Positions 45,898 to 64,000 of a stretch of 64,000 nt of DNA are shown here, piece after piece. The stretch comes from an uncultured Actinomycetota bacterium (GTDB taxonomy: Bacteria; Actinomycetota; Actinomycetes; Mycobacteriales; Pseudonocardiaceae): contig CAWHHY010000027.1 of assembly GCA_963829305.1 (NCBI GenBank), positions 4,370 to 68,369 of the forward strand. Reading direction: 5' to 3'. The notes beneath the pieces were generated by a model, which did not search any database, had not been told where the DNA came from, and was given only the letters and a program-made list of their open reading frames with translations. Numbering within the stretch: position 1 is the stretch's first letter; each line of letters starts with the position of its first letter. The position numbers and the translations under genes are program-made.

Positions 45898-46604
45898 TTC
45901 GCTGCCTCCTTCTCGCCCTGCTCGGCCGCGCGCGAGCGGCGCGTCGACGCGGCGATCGGGCCGGCGAGGAACGTCTCCAGGGCCGCGCTGGTGAACAGCA
46001 CGACATCGTTGACCAGCACGTCATAGGTGTTGAGCTGGTCCGGCCACAGGATGTGCACCTGCGGCAGGTTGCGCAGGCTCAGCAGGCTCACGCTGTCGTC
46101 GCGGCCGATGACCGCGAGCACCCGGGTGCGCTCGGTCGTGCCCTCGACACCCGTGAGGAGGCCCTCGACGACCTTGCGCGCCGCCTTCGTCGACGGCGCG
46201 TCGCCGTCGACGAGCGAGGAGACCACCTGCACCGCGCCCGCACGAGCCCGGTCGGACAGCGCACCGCGCAGCGCGGCGGCCTTCATCTTCTTGGGGGTCT
46301 TCTGCGTGTAGTCGCGCGGCACGGGGCCGTGCGAGATGCCGCCGCCCGCGAACTGCGGTGCACGAGTGGAGCCCTGGCGGGCCCGGCCCGTGCCCTTCTG
46401 CCGGTACGGCTTCTTGCCGCCGCCCCGGACCTCGCCGCGAGTCTTCGTGGAGTGCGTGCCCTGGCGGGCCGCAGCCAGCTGACCCACGACGACCTGGTGC
46501 ATCAGCGCGATGTTGGCCGGTGCATCGAAGACGTGGTCCGGCAGCTCGACGGAGTCGCCTGCGGCGGTCCCGTCCGCGTTCTTGACCTCGATGCTGGTGC
46601 TCAC
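45894..46604 (-). CDS. rplD: 50S ribosomal protein L4
   Basis: 236-aa ORF with [33 protein letters not shown]. Confidence 0.95.
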   Translation of the reverse strand: MSTSIEVKNADGTAAGDSVELPDHVFDAPANIALMHQVVVGQLAAARQGTHSTKTRGEVRGGGKKPYRQKGTGRARQGSTRAPQFAGGGISHGPVPRDYTQKTPKKMKAAALRGALSDRARAGAVQVVSSLVDGDAPSTKAARKVVEGLLTGVEGTTERTRVLAVIGRDDSVSLLSLRNLPQVHILWPDQLNTYDVLVNDVVLFTSAALETFLAGPIAASTRRSRAAEQGEKEAAK

Positions 46605-47278
46605 TGCGCACCGCCCTTCTTGGCAGCGGTCTTCACCAGCAGCAGGCCGCCGCGGGGACCGGGCACGGCGCCCTTGATGAGCAGCAGCCCGTTCTCCGCG
46701 TCGACCCGGTGCACGGTGAGGTTCTGGGTGGTCACGCGGGCGTTGCCCATACGACCGGCCATCCGCAGGCCCTTGAAGACCCGGCCCGGGGTGGCGCAGC
46801 CGCCGATGGAGCCCGGCGAGCGGTGCTTGCGCTGCGTGCCGTGGCTCGCACCGAGACCGTGGAAGCCGTGGCGCTTCATGACACCCGCGGTGCCCTTGCC
46901 CTTGCTGGTGCCGACCACGTCGACCACCGAGCCGGCTTCGAAAACGGTCGCAGTGATCTCCTGGCCGATCGCGTACTCACCGGCGTCGCTGGTGCGCAGC
47001 TCCACGAGGTGGCGGCGCGGCGTGGTGCCGGCCTTGGTGAAGTGCCCGGTCTCCGGCTTGTTCACCTTGCGCGGGTCGATCGCGCCGAAGGCGAGCTGCA
47101 CCGCGGGGTAGCCGTCCTTCTCCGGGGTGCGCACCTGCGTCACCACGTTCGGGCCCGCCTGGATGACGGTGACCGGCACGACCCGGTTGTTCTCGTCGAA
47201 GACCTGGGTCATCCCGAGCTTGGCGCCCAGGATCCCGGTTACCTGCCTGGTCGGCTTGGAATTCGAAACAGTCGTCAT
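46601..47278 (-). CDS. rplC: 50S ribosomal protein L3
   Basis: 225-aa ORF with [25 protein letters not shown]. Confidence 0.95.
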   Translation of the reverse strand: MTTVSNSKPTRQVTGILGAKLGMTQVFDENNRVVPVTVIQAGPNVVTQVRTPEKDGYPAVQLAFGAIDPRKVNKPETGHFTKAGTTPRRHLVELRTSDAGEYAIGQEITATVFEAGSVVDVVGTSKGKGTAGVMKRHGFHGLGASHGTQRKHRSPGSIGGCATPGRVFKGLRMAGRMGNARVTTQNLTVHRVDAENGLLLIKGAVPGPRGGLLLVKTAAKKGGAQ

Positions 47279-47291
47279 CGTCCCGTCAGCC

Positions 47292-47597
47292 TTACTGGAT
47301 GTTGACGTCGACGGACGCCGGCAGGTCGATGCGCATGAGCGCGTCCACCGTCTTCGGCGTCGGGTCGAGGATGTCGATGAGCCGCTTGTGGGTGCGCATC
47401 TCGAAGTGCTCGCGCGAGTCCTTGTACTTGTGCGGCGAGCGGATGACGCAGTACACGTTCTTCTCGGTCGGCAGCGGCACCGGCCCGACGACCCGGGCCC
47501 CGGTGCGCGTCACCGTCTCGACGATCTTCCGAGCGGATGCGTCGATCGCCTCGTGGTCGTAGGCCTTGAGCCTGATGCGGATCTTTTGTCCCGCCAT
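47292..47597 (-). CDS. rpsJ: 30S ribosomal protein S10
   Basis: Internal ATG of the 157-aa [32 protein letters not shown], 101 aa. Confidence 0.95.
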   Translation of the reverse strand: MAGQKIRIRLKAYDHEAIDASARKIVETVTRTGARVVGPVPLPTEKNVYCVIRSPHKYKDSREHFEMRTHKRLIDILDPTPKTVDALMRIDLPASVDVNIQ

Positions 47598-47907
47598 GGT
47601 CGTCGGTCGTCCTTCTCTTCCTACCGCAAGGTGTGCGTGTCCGGGCCGGACCCGCGCAGGGAGCCCTCGCCGAGAACCTGCAGGTCCTCGTCGGTGCGGT
47701 CTCACCCGCGGGCGGGCCTCCGGTCCACGAGGTCGGGTGTGTCGCGGTGTGAAGACATACGACACCCTGACTCGCGGACTCGTCCCCGGATCACCGGCGC
47801 CCGAGAGGGCGCCCGCAGTTCGGGGGGCTGACGTGGATCCGGCGCACGCGGAAGTGGTGAAACCTCACCCGCGCGCGCCGGAGTCCGACGTCCAACCCGT
47901 CAAGGAT

Positions 47908-47960
47908 GCCACACCGAGGTGTGGCACCCCCAACCGGGGTCTCGCCGAGGGCTGAGACCC
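47908..47960 (-). terminator. two tandem GC hairpins just downstream of tuf
   Basis: GGGTCTC-10 nt-GAGACCC (47937-47960) starts 6 nt after the tuf stop. GCCACAC-CGAG-GTGTGGC follows at 47908-47925. Neither has a strong U-tract. Confidence 0.5.
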
Positions 47961-47966
47961 TCGCGC

Positions 47967-49160
47967 TTACTTGTTGATCTTGGTGACCTGGCCGGCGCCG
48001 ACGGTCCGACCACCCTCGCGGATGGCGAACTGCAGGCCCTCCTCCATGGCGATCGGCTGGATCAGCGAGACGCTCATCGAGGTGTTGTCACCGGGCATGA
48101 CCATCTCGGTGCCGCTGGGCAGCGTCACCACGCCGGTCACGTCCGTCGTCCGGAAGTAGAACTGCGGACGGTAGTTGTTGAAGAACGGCGTGTGGCGGCC
48201 GCCCTCGTCCTTGGACAGGATGTAGACCTGGCCCTCGAACTCGGTGTGCGGGGTGATCGAGCCCGGCTTGGCCACGACCTGGCCGCGCTCCACGTCCTCA
48301 CGCTTCACACCGCGCAGCAGCAGGCCCACGTTCTCACCGGCGCGACCCTCGTCGAGGATCTTGCGGAACATCTCGACGCCGGTCACCGTGGTGGTGGTCG
48401 CCTTCGGCCGAATGCCGAGGATCTCCACCGACTCGTTCACCTTGACGATGCCGCGCTCGATGCGTCCGGTGACCACCGTGCCGCGACCGGTGATGGTGAA
48501 GACGTCCTCCACCGGCATCAGGAACGGCTTCGCGATGTCGCGCTCCGGCTCCGGGATGGACTCGTCGACCGCGTCCATCAGCTCGAGCAGCTTCTCGCTC
48601 CACTTCGGGTCGCCCTCGAGCGCCTTCAGTGCGGAGACCTGCACGACCGGCAGGTCGTCGCCCGGGTACTCCTGCGCGGACAGCAGCTCGCGCACCTCGA
48701 GCTCGACGAGCTCGAGGATCTCCTCGTCGTCCACCATGTCCGCCTTGTTGAGCGCGACCACGATGTAGGGCACGCCGACCTGGCGGGCGAGTAGCACGTG
48801 CTCGCGGGTCTGCGGCATCGGGCCGTCCGTGGCGGCGACCACGAGGATCGCGCCGTCCATCTGGGCGGCACCCGTGATCATGTTCTTGATGTAGTCAGCG
48901 TGACCGGGGCAGTCGACGTGCGCGTAGTGCCGCTTCTCGGTCTGGTACTCGACATGCGCGATCGAGATCGTGATGCCGCGCTGGCGCTCCTCGGGAGCCT
49001 TGTCGATCTGGTCGAACGCCGAGACGGCGTTCAGCTGGGGGTACTTGTCGTGCAGAACCTTGGTGATGGCCGCCGTCAGCGTGGTCTTGCCGTGGTCGAT
49101 GTGACCGATGGTGCCGATGTTGACGTGCGGCTTGGTCCGCTCGAACTTCGCCTTCGCCAC
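47967..49160 (-). CDS. tuf: elongation factor Tu
   Basis: 397 aa with [18 protein letters not shown] and NKADMV. Confidence 0.98.
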   Translation of the reverse strand: MAKAKFERTKPHVNIGTIGHIDHGKTTLTAAITKVLHDKYPQLNAVSAFDQIDKAPEERQRGITISIAHVEYQTEKRHYAHVDCPGHADYIKNMITGAAQMDGAILVVAATDGPMPQTREHVLLARQVGVPYIVVALNKADMVDDEEILELVELEVRELLSAQEYPGDDLPVVQVSALKALEGDPKWSEKLLELMDAVDESIPEPERDIAKPFLMPVEDVFTITGRGTVVTGRIERGIVKVNESVEILGIRPKATTTTVTGVEMFRKILDEGRAGENVGLLLRGVKREDVERGQVVAKPGSITPHTEFEGQVYILSKDEGGRHTPFFNNYRPQFYFRTTDVTGVVTLPSGTEMVMPGDNTSMSVSLIQPIAMEEGLQFAIREGGRTVGAGQVTKINK

Positions 49161-49286
49161 TGGGGGATCCTCCTGGACTGAAATGTTCTCCGCCGTGCTG
49201 ACGGCAGGTCTGTGCTGGAGCTTGGGGGTGGAGCTGTGTGGTGCGAGTCTGCCGCGGGCCCTGTGCGGGCCCGCGGCAGGGGGGTC

Positions 49287-51386
49287 CTACTCGCCGGTGG
49301 CCTTGGAGATGATCTCCTTGGCCACGTTGGTCGGGACCTCGGCGTAGGAGTCGAAGACCATCGTGTAGTTCGCCCGGCCCTGGGTCCGCGACCGGAGGTC
49401 GCCGACGTAGCCGAACATCTCCGACAGCGGGACGAGCGCCTTGACGATCCGGGCGCCTGCCCGCTCCTCCATGGCCTGGATCTGGCCGCGGCGGGAGTTC
49501 AGGTCGCCGATCACGTCGCCCATGTAGTCCTCGGGCGTGGTGACCTCAACGGCCATCATCGGCTCGAGCAGGGCCGGGTCGGCCTTGCGCGCAGCCTCCT
49601 TGAGCGCCATCGAGCCGGCGACCTTGAACGCCATCTCCGACGAGTCGACCTCGTGGTACTGGCCGTCCAGCAGCGTCAGCTTGATGCCTGTCAGCGGGTA
49701 GCCCGCCAGCACGCCGTACTGCATGGCGTCCTGTGCACCGGCGTCCACCGACGGGATGTACTCCCGCGGGATGCGGCCGCCGGAGACCTTGTTGTCGAAC
49801 TCGTACAGCGCGCCATCGGCCGTGTCGAGCGGCTCCAGCTTGATGATCACGCGGGCGAACTGGCCCGAGCCACCCGTCTGCTTCTTGTGGGTGTACTCGT
49901 ACTTGTCCACCGTGCGGCGGATCGTCTCGCGGTAGGCCACCTGCGGCTTACCGATGTTGGCCTCGACCCGGTAGTCGCTCTTCATCCGGTTGACGAGCAC
50001 CTCGAGGTGGAGCTCGCCCATGCCGGCGAGGATCGTCTGGCCGGACTCCTGGTCCAGGCTGACCTGGAACGTGGGGTCCTCCTCGGCGAGGCGCTGGATC
50101 GCGATGCCCAGCTTCTCCTGGTCCGCCTTGGTCTTCGGCTCGACCGCCACCTGGATGACCGGGTCCGGGAAGGTCATCGACTCCAGGACGATCGGCGCCT
50201 GTGGGTCGCAGAGCGTCTCGCCCGTGGTCGTGTCCTTGAGCCCGATCACCGCGTAGATGTGGCCCACCAGGGCCTCGTCGACCGGGTTCTCCTTGTTGGC
50301 GTGCATCTGGAAGATCTTCCCGATGCGCTCCTTGCGGTCCTTGGTCGAGTTGACGACCTGGGAGCCCGCGGCGACCCGGCCCGAGTACACCCGGATGTAG
50401 GTGAGCTTGCCGAAGAACGGGTGCGCAGCGATCTTGAACGCCAGCGCCGAGAACGGCTCGTCCTTCCGGGGAGCGCGGCTGGCCGGGGTCTCCCCGTCCG
50501 GCAGCGTGCCCTCGACCGGCGGCAGGTCGTACGGCGACGGCAGGTAGTCGATCACGGCGTCGAGCATGGGCTGGACGCCCTTGTTCTTGAACGCCGAGCC
50601 GCAGAGCACCGGGTAGGCCAGGCGCTCGTTGACGATCCGGCGGATGCCCGCCTTGATCTGCTCGGTGGTCAGCTCCTCGCCGCCGAGGTAGGTCTCCATC
50701 AGGTCGTCGTCGGTCTCGGCGACGGCCTCGACGAGCTTCTCCCGGTACTCGGCGACCACGTCGGCCATATCGGCCGGGATCGCCTCGATGGTGTAGTCCT
50801 CACCCTTGGCGACCTCGCCGCGCCAGGTCAGCGCGCGCATCTCTACGAGGTCCACGATCCCGATGAAGTCGCTCTCGGTACCGATCGGCAGCTGGATCGG
50901 CAGCGGCTTGGCGCCGAGACGGTCCTGGATCGTCCGCACGGTGAAGTAGAAGTCCGCACCGAGCTTGTCCATCTTGTTGACGAAGCAGATGCGCGGGACG
51001 TCGTACTTCGTGGCCTGCCGCCAGACCTGCTCGGACTGCGGCTCGACCCCCTCCTTGCCGTCGAACACCGCAACCGCGCCGTCGAGCACCCGCAGGTTGC
51101 GCTCCACCTCGACGGTGAAGTCGACGTGCCCGGGAGTGTCGATGATGTTGATCTGGTGGTCTTTCCAGAAGCAGGTCGTCGCGGCCGACGTGATCGTGAT
51201 GCCGCGCTTCTGCTCCTCCTCCATCCAGTCCATCGTGGCGGCGCCGTCGTGCACCTCACCGATCTTGTAGTTGATCCCGGTGTAGTACAGGATCCGCTCG
51301 GTGGTGGTGGTCTTGCCGGCGTCGATGTGCGCCATGATGCCGATGTTTCGGACCCGCGTCAGGTCCGTCAGCACGTCCCGTGCCAC
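49287..51386 (-). CDS. fusA: elongation factor G
   Basis: 699 aa with [19 protein letters not shown]. Confidence 0.98.
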   Translation of the reverse strand: MARDVLTDLTRVRNIGIMAHIDAGKTTTTERILYYTGINYKIGEVHDGAATMDWMEEEQKRGITITSAATTCFWKDHQINIIDTPGHVDFTVEVERNLRVLDGAVAVFDGKEGVEPQSEQVWRQATKYDVPRICFVNKMDKLGADFYFTVRTIQDRLGAKPLPIQLPIGTESDFIGIVDLVEMRALTWRGEVAKGEDYTIEAIPADMADVVAEYREKLVEAVAETDDDLMETYLGGEELTTEQIKAGIRRIVNERLAYPVLCGSAFKNKGVQPMLDAVIDYLPSPYDLPPVEGTLPDGETPASRAPRKDEPFSALAFKIAAHPFFGKLTYIRVYSGRVAAGSQVVNSTKDRKERIGKIFQMHANKENPVDEALVGHIYAVIGLKDTTTGETLCDPQAPIVLESMTFPDPVIQVAVEPKTKADQEKLGIAIQRLAEEDPTFQVSLDQESGQTILAGMGELHLEVLVNRMKSDYRVEANIGKPQVAYRETIRRTVDKYEYTHKKQTGGSGQFARVIIKLEPLDTADGALYEFDNKVSGGRIPREYIPSVDAGAQDAMQYGVLAGYPLTGIKLTLLDGQYHEVDSSEMAFKVAGSMALKEAARKADPALLEPMMAVEVTTPEDYMGDVIGDLNSRRGQIQAMEERAGARIVKALVPLSEMFGYVGDLRSRTQGRANYTMVFDSYAEVPTNVAKEIISKATGE

Positions 51387-51427
51387 GTCTCAGCTCTCCT
51401 CAGCGGTTGGCGCGGACGATCGGCCCG

Positions 51428-51898
51428 TCACCAGCGGTAGTGGGCGAAGGCCTTGTTGGACTCCGCCATCTTGTGCATGTCCTCGCGCCGCTTGACACTG
51501 GCGCCGAGGCCGTTGCTCGCGTCGAGCAGCTCGTTCATCAGGCGCTCGACCATGGTCTTCTCGCGGCGCTGGCCGGCGTAGCTGACCAGCCAGCGCAGCG
51601 CCAGCGTGGTCTGCCGCGGCGCACGCACCTCGACGGGGACCTGATAGGTGGCGCCACCGACGCGGCGGCTCTTGACCTCCAGCGCCGGACGCACGTTGTC
51701 CATCGCCCGCTTCAGCGTGACGACAGGGTCCGTGCCGGTCTTGTCGCGGGTGCCCTCGAGGGCGGCGTACACGATGCGCTCGGCAAGGCTGCGCTTGCCG
51801 TCCTTCAACACCTTGTTCACCAGCTGAGTGACCAGCGGCGAGCTGTAGACCGGGTCGTTGACCAGCGGCCGCTTGGGAGCAGGGCCCTTGCGAGGCAT
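51428..51898 (-). CDS. rpsG: 30S ribosomal protein S7
   Basis: 156-aa ORF starting [18 protein letters not shown]. Confidence 0.96.
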   Translation of the reverse strand: MPRKGPAPKRPLVNDPVYSSPLVTQLVNKVLKDGKRSLAERIVYAALEGTRDKTGTDPVVTLKRAMDNVRPALEVKSRRVGGATYQVPVEVRAPRQTTLALRWLVSYAGQRREKTMVERLMNELLDASNGLGASVKRREDMHKMAESNKAFAHYRW

Positions 51899-52272
51899 CA
51901 GCTCTTCTCCTTCTTCGCACCGTAGCGGCTGCGCGACTGCTTGCGGTTCTTCACACCCTGGGTGTCCAGCGAGCCGCGGATGACCTTGTAGCGGACGCCG
52001 GGCAGGTCCTTCACCCGGCCGCCGCGCACGAGCACGATGGAGTGCTCCTGCAGGTTGTGGCCCTCACCGGGGATGTAGGCCGTGACCTCGATCTGGCTCG
52101 ACAGCTTCACGCGGGCGACCTTGCGTAGCGCCGAGTTCGGCTTCTTGGGCGTCGTGGTGTACACGCGCGTGCACACCCCGCGGCGCTGCGGGCTGCCCTT
52201 GAGCGCCGCGGTCTTGGTCTTCGCGACCTTGTCCTGACGGCCCTTGCGGACCAGCTGCTGGATCGTGGGCAT
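51898..52272 (-). CDS. rpsL: 30S ribosomal protein S12
   Basis: 124-aa ORF starting [15 protein letters not shown], with [11 protein letters not shown]. Confidence 0.97.
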   Translation of the reverse strand: MPTIQQLVRKGRQDKVAKTKTAALKGSPQRRGVCTRVYTTTPKKPNSALRKVARVKLSSQIEVTAYIPGEGHNLQEHSIVLVRGGRVKDLPGVRYKVIRGSLDTQGVKNRKQSRSRYGAKKEKS

Positions 52273-52784
52273 GGACCGTTTGCTTCTTCCCTCTGTGCAG
52301 TCGAAACCGCGTGCTGTCGTAAGTCAGGTCGTGCTCGATCGGTCGGTGCTCGTCCTCGTCGGAGCGGTCGGCTGCACCGACCTCCCTCCCCCGAGGTCGG
52401 GCGTGTCGCGCCCCTGCACGCCGTACGGACGAGACCGGGGGAACCTTCCCGAACGTGGCAGGGCCCGCGCGTCCACCGACCTGCCACCCCCGCGAAGCGG
52501 GTGCAGCGGCCATCGGGCACGCAGATCGGCCCGACCAGGTCGAGCGCAAGACCACAGAGTACCCGTCCCGCGAGAGGGGGGTCAAAGCGGGTCCGGGGTG
52601 GCCGGGGCCGGGTTTGCACGCAGAGTGCCGCACGACCGCACGCATGGCAAGAGGGCACGCCCGCTCGCCGCTCGCCACCACCCGCTCGCCGCTGCCCATG
52701 CCGTCCGCCGTTGTACTACCGGACGTAGGCAGGCCTCCCCGGATCCGGGTGGCGGCGGGCTCTCTTCACGTCGGGCATAACGCG

Positions 52785-53090
52785 ATGCCCAGTTGGTTCA
52801 TTCCGTATCTCGGGGGTGTGGCAGCGACCCTCGCCGACGTCGGCGGGGTATGGCGGGAGAACGCCTATCCCGGCGCAGCCTGCGACGTGCCGTCGCACAT
52901 CTCCTCCTTTCGCCCCCAGCACCGGTGGAGCAGGCGGTTCACCCCGCCGCCGGACATCCAGCGCCGACTGCGCCGGGTCGTCGACGACCACGGGCTGCGC
53001 GGCACCTGGCCCCGTCCTGCACTCCGCGCACTGGGATCACACGGTCGACCTGCGGAGTTGGCGATCGCGGAGTTCACGCCGGCCGGCGTC
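52785..53090 (+). pseudogene. flavin-containing / Baeyer-Villiger-type monooxygenase N-terminal remnant
   Basis: The plus-frame reads ADVGGVWRENAYPGAACDVPSHISSFRPQHRWSRRFTPPPDIQRRLRRVVDDHGL. This matches the family signature GG.W..N.YPG..CD.PSH.YSFSF....WS..F....EI..Y. No GxGxxG motif precedes it and no downstream domains follow. Confidence 0.5.
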
Positions 53091-53294
53091 CGGACCGCGG
53101 ACGCTCCTGCGCACCCCGGCCAGTGCCGTCACACAGGCACGGTGACCGTCACACCCTTCACAACATCTGCGACAGCCCGACGCGGTAGGCAACGGCGCGG
53201 ACGGGGTGTGAGACCGCACCGTTGCGGGTCAGCGTCCAACTCGCCGTCGTGCCGCTGGTGCTCTGACCCGGAGACGACCCGGCCCGGAACGCCG

Positions 53295-53339
53295 GACGGG
53301 GCCGGCCACCGCCACGGGAGAGCGGTGTCCGGCCCCGTC
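53295..53339. other. 45-nt extended hairpin (11 + 6 bp) in the rpsL-rpoC gap
   Basis: GACGGGGCCGG-C-CACCGC-9 nt-GCGGTG-T-CCGGCCCCGTC. Confidence 0.5.
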
Positions 53340-53417
53340 AGTCATCTCACCTGTGGATCTTCGCCTTGCTCCGCGGCGGCGTCGATCCTCAGGACATGCG
53401 TTGGACCGTGCTTCGGG

Positions 53418-53447
53418 CCGCCCGGACGACCGTCGCCGTCCGGGCGG
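53418..53447 (-). terminator. rpoC terminator hairpin
   Basis: CCGCCCGGACG-8 nt-CGTCCGGGCGG, 10 nt downstream of the rpoC stop (53457-53459). Confidence 0.6.
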
Positions 53448-53456
53448 ATGCGCCAC

Positions 53457-57380
<3,924 letters not shown>

Positions 57381-57443
57381 TATGTGAGTCCTCTGTTTCC
57401 CCAGAAGAGAATTCTCTTCAGAAATGCTTCGGCTACGGGCGGG

Positions 57444-60953
<3,510 letters not shown>

Positions 60954-61533
60954 GATGCGTCCTTCCGAGAACTACGCTCTCGTCTGGCGAACACCGGATC
61001 CGCGCGCTACCGTGGTCGCCTCGCCCGGCAGGGGAACCCGGGTCGGGAGGCACGGGGTGTGCGGACCTGCGTGCTCGCCGTCTGTTGTCGATGCACGGCT
61101 CTCGACCAGGTTTCCGGGCACACGTCGGAGCACTCGGCAAGCGAGAGACCCCCACATACGCGCGCAAACCTGGACGAGGGCAGCGCAAAGAGGCAGTCTA
61201 GCCGCAAACGCAGCCGCTGTCGAGTGAGGTCTCCTGGACGATCAGGACGCAGGCGCCCAGGGAACCACCGAGACCTAAGAGTGACCTGACCGGCGCACCG
61301 AGTCAAGACACTACGCGTCGGTAAGTGGTCCCTTTCGGGGGACGACCGGACGGTTGTCGCCGGTGGACGCCGTGACCCGCAGCTCGTCGACTCTCCGCGA
61401 CGCCCGTTTCGTCACCTCTGATGCGACCACCGGCGGTGACCTGCGGGGACCATCACGACTTCACCGTTCGGCGCACTGTCTCGAGGCCCGGGGCGTCACG
61501 GCGGGTGCGGTCGCGCCTGCGGCGCAAACGCAC

Positions 61534-61572
61534 GACCGGGACGGCGTCCCACGCTGGGGCGCCGTCCCGGTC
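61534..61572 (-). terminator. rplL-rpoB intergenic attenuator/terminator hairpin
   Basis: GACCGGGACGGCG-13 nt-CGCCGTCCCGGTC lies 43 nt downstream of the rplL stop. On the transcribed strand it is followed by GTGCGTTTGCG. Confidence 0.6.
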
Positions 61573-61614
61573 GACGTTGTGGTGCGTGCAGCCGCTCGCG
61601 TGGGGCGGCGGCGA

Positions 61615-62001
61615 TCAGGCCAGGCTGACCTTGGCGCCGGCCTCCTGCAGCTTGGCCTGCGCGGCCTCGGCGGCCTCCTTCGGCACGCCCTCCAGGATCG
61701 GCTTCGGGGCGGACTCGACGAGGTCCTTGGCCTCCTTGAGGCCCAGACCCGAGACGAGCTCGCGGACGACCTTGATGACCTGGATCTTCTTCTCGCCCGC
61801 GGCCTCGAGGACGACGTTGAACTCGTCCTTCTCCTCGACGACCTCGGCCGGGGCGGCAGCGGGACCGGCAGCGGCCACGGCGACCGGCGCGGCCGCGGTG
61901 ACCTCGAACGTGTCTTCGAACTTCTTCACGAACTCCGAGAGCTCGAGCAGCGTCATGTCCTTGAACGCGTCGAGCAGCTCGTCGGTCGACAGCTTCGCCA
62001 T
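61615..62001 (-). CDS. rplL: 50S ribosomal protein L7/L12
   Basis: 128-aa ORF starting [29 protein letters not shown]. Confidence 0.97.
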   Translation of the reverse strand: MAKLSTDELLDAFKDMTLLELSEFVKKFEDTFEVTAAAPVAVAAAGPAAAPAEVVEEKDEFNVVLEAAGEKKIQVIKVVRELVSGLGLKEAKDLVESAPKPILEGVPKEAAEAAQAKLQEAGAKVSLA

Positions 62002-62055
62002 CGTGGTTCCTCTTTCAGGTGTGGGTGCGCCCGCGGGCGCGGGGGGTGGGGGTGC

Positions 62056-62622
62056 TCAGCTCTCGGCGTCGTCGGCCGCGTCGCCCGCGGGGGCGCCGGC
62101 CTTCTCGGCCTCGGCGCGCTTGTCGGCCAGCGCCTGGGCCAGCCGTGCGACCTGCGACGCAGGAGCGGCGAACAGGCCGGCCGCCTTGCTCAGGTTGCCC
62201 TTCATCGCGCCGGCCAACTTGGCCAGCAGGACCTCGCGCGACTCGAGGTCCGCGATGCGGTTGACCTCGTCCACGGACAGCGCGTTGCCGTCCATGAAGC
62301 CGCCCTTGATGACCAGGGCCTTGTTGTCCTTCGCGAAGTCGCGCAGGGCCTTGGTCGCGTCGACCGGCTCGCCGGTGACGAACGCGATCGCCGTGGGACC
62401 GGTCAGCAGGGCGTCGAGGCCGTCGACACCGGCGTCCTGCGCCGCCCGCTTCACCAGGGTGTTCTTGGCGATGCGGTAGGACACGTCCGGCCCCAGCGTG
62501 CGACGCAGCCTCGTCAGCTGCGCCACCGTGAGGCCGCGGTACTCGGTGACGACCGAGGCGGACGCGCCCCGGAACTCGTCGGCGATCTCGGCGACCGCCG
62601 CGACCTTGTCGGGTCGTGCCAT
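62056..62622 (-). CDS. rplJ: 50S ribosomal protein L10
   Basis: Internal ATG of the 249-aa ORF, preceded by [43 protein letters not shown], 188 aa. Confidence 0.95.
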   Translation of the reverse strand: MARPDKVAAVAEIADEFRGASASVVTEYRGLTVAQLTRLRRTLGPDVSYRIAKNTLVKRAAQDAGVDGLDALLTGPTAIAFVTGEPVDATKALRDFAKDNKALVIKGGFMDGNALSVDEVNRIADLESREVLLAKLAGAMKGNLSKAAGLFAAPASQVARLAQALADKRAEAEKAGAPAGDAADDAES

Positions 62623-62815
62623 CCCTTGCCTCCTCTCGGGTTGCCAGATTGCTCGGCAGGGTGAACCACCACGTCCGGACCCGGGAGAAGACGAACGCCC
62701 CGCGCGCAGGCACGGGGCGGAAGCAGGCGCACTCGGAGATCCGGGCGCCCGGCACGACCTCGTCCTCCTGCGCGGGCCGCCCGCTCGTGCGGGGCCTTCG
62801 TACATCCCTCACGGG

Positions 62816-63529
62816 ATGCAGACCTGCGGTCTTCGGTGGAACTACGACCAGTCTACGTCAATCGGGGTGGTGGCCTCCCCGACGGGGGCGGTCAACCCCG
62901 CCTTCCAGGCGTGCTACTTCACGGCGGTCTTGCTGACGACCGTCGGGCTGGCAACGCTGGTCACGATCGGGACCGCCCCGGTGGTCGTGGTCGTCGTCGA
63001 GACGCTGCGGGGCAGCGCCCCTCGAGGATCGGTACCGGTCGTCGTCCTGGCTCTGCTCGGGCTCGGCCTGCTGGTCGGGTTTCCCACCACCGGAGCAGAC
63101 CCGCTCGCCGCGGCAGCGGGTGCCGCGGCGGCCGTGTTCGCCGGTTCCGCCTTCGCGGTGATGACGCTGGTCGGCTCCCGGACCGTGCCGGGGCTCGACC
63201 CGATGGTTGCGACCGGTGCGTCGTTCGTCGTCGGCGGGCTGCTGTTGGCCGTTCCCGCAGCCGTGCTCGGCACGATGGCCTTCCCGGTGACGTTCGCCGG
63301 TGTCGGGCTGCTCGCCTTGTTCGCCGTGCTGCCCTACTCGGCGTACTTCCGTGGGCTGGGTGCGGGCACTTCTCCGGGAACGGGTGCCGTGCTGGCCCTG
63401 CTGGAACCGCTGACGGCCGCGATGCTGGCGGCGGCCGTGCTCGGCGAGCGGCTCGGCGTGACCGGCACGGCCGGCGCACTCTTGCTGGCGGTCGCGGTGC
63501 TGCTGGCCGCTCGCGCGGACCGTCGCTGA
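62816..63529 (+). CDS. DMT/EamA-family transporter, apparently lacking the first ~2 TM helices
   Basis: About 8 hydrophobic helices. The similarity starts mid-domain (AFQACYFTAVLLTTVGLATLV). The only in-frame ATG (62816) sits in the rplJ leader region. Confidence 0.55.
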   Translation: MQTCGLRWNYDQSTSIGVVASPTGAVNPAFQACYFTAVLLTTVGLATLVTIGTAPVVVVVVETLRGSAPRGSVPVVVLALLGLGLLVGFPTTGADPLAAAAGAAAAVFAGSAFAVMTLVGSRTVPGLDPMVATGASFVVGGLLLAVPAAVLGTMAFPVTFAGVGLLALFAVLPYSAYFRGLGAGTSPGTGAVLALLEPLTAAMLAAAVLGERLGVTGTAGALLLAVAVLLAARADRR

Positions 63530-63686
63530 GCGGAGTTGCTGCAGCCGCCGCCGACCACCGTCGCCGGGTGGCAGCGATGGGCGACGACGCAGCTGGGCGC
63601 GCTCGCGACGCAAGAGGCCTGGCAGCCCGGGCGGTACGGCTACAGGGTCGAGCGCCGCGACCGCCTGGGCAACACCGTGCAGCTGC

Positions 63687-63968
63687 TCAGCCGCGGTGTC
63701 TGGCAGTCGGCTCCGCTGCCGGTGCGCTGACCGCGCCGCGCGAGGTGGCCCGGTGGATCAGCCGGGCCAGTGCGGCGAGGTCCGCGGCCGGGGTGGACCG
63801 GCGCCGGGAGGCCATCGGCAGCGGTGGGTCGGGCGGACCGAAGCGACGGTTCCAGTCATAGCTGTCGCGCGAGTCGACGCCGTATCGGGGTGCCGCGACT
63901 GCGATCGCGACGAGCAGGACCGGGAGCAACCAGAGCGAGGTATCCATGTGGCGAAGCATGCTCTCCAC
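63687..63968 (-). CDS. hypothetical small membrane protein
   Basis: One TM helix (SLWLLPVLLVAIAVAA) and moderately high GC3. I recognise no family. Confidence 0.35.
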   Translation of the reverse strand: MESMLRHMDTSLWLLPVLLVAIAVAAPRYGVDSRDSYDWNRRFGPPDPPLPMASRRRSTPAADLAALARLIHRATSRGAVSAPAAEPTARHRG

Positions 63969-64000
63969 CGGCCTGGTCCTGTACAGCCAATTAGGCGAGA

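Noticed and set aside
49212-51440. 742-aa plus-strand ORF
   Set aside because: It is antisense to fusA and is a GC-rich antisense artefact.
63536-63730. 64-aa plus-strand ORF after the DMT gene
   Set aside because: It has a TTG start and no recognisable family, and it overlaps convergently with the 63687-63968 ORF. The evidence is insufficient.

Overview
Very GC-rich actinobacterial chromosomal core, transcribed almost entirely on the minus strand. It holds the ribosomal/transcription super-operon neighbourhood: rplJ-rplL, rpoB-rpoC, rpsL-rpsG-fusA-tuf, the S10 operon (rpsJ to rpsQ), the spc operon (rplN to rplO, then secY-adk-map), infA-rpmJ-rpsM-rpsK-rpsD-rpoA-rplQ-truA, rplM-rpsI-glmM, plus nnr and alr. 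Three accessory blocks interrupt this core. (i) 8.5-21.0 kb: a minimal ESX-4-type type VII secretion locus (two WXG100 genes, an Rv3446c-family protein, eccC, eccD, mycP, eccB), then a decayed 2OG-Fe(II) oxygenase, a cytosine-deaminase-like gene and a 3' remnant of an IS200/IS605-type tnpB. (ii) About 9 kb between infA and map: an FMN-dependent alpha-hydroxy-acid dehydrogenase, an MFS transporter, a GT4 glycosyltransferase, a flippase-like membrane protein, an ATP-grasp ligase, and pntAB-pntB without pntAA. (iii) A 1.2 kb gene-poor gap between rpsL and rpoC with a flavin-monooxygenase remnant and strong hairpins. Other notable points: a 68-nt nested-palindrome repeat at two loci (inside the 5' end of the MFS gene and between rpsN and rpsH); four reading-frame anomalies clustered in rplX, rplN, rpsC and rplV; an L17 with a ~145-aa C-terminal tail ending in an IKGN..YH module; an inverted 15-mer in the eccC/eccD divergent region; and an alpha/beta-hydrolase-like protein whose nucleophile Ser reads Gly. 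I recognised no rRNA, tRNA or CRISPR array. I do not see a convincing wholly new multi-gene system, so the under-characterised pieces are flagged individually. Coordinates not taken from the ORF track may be off by 1-2 nt.
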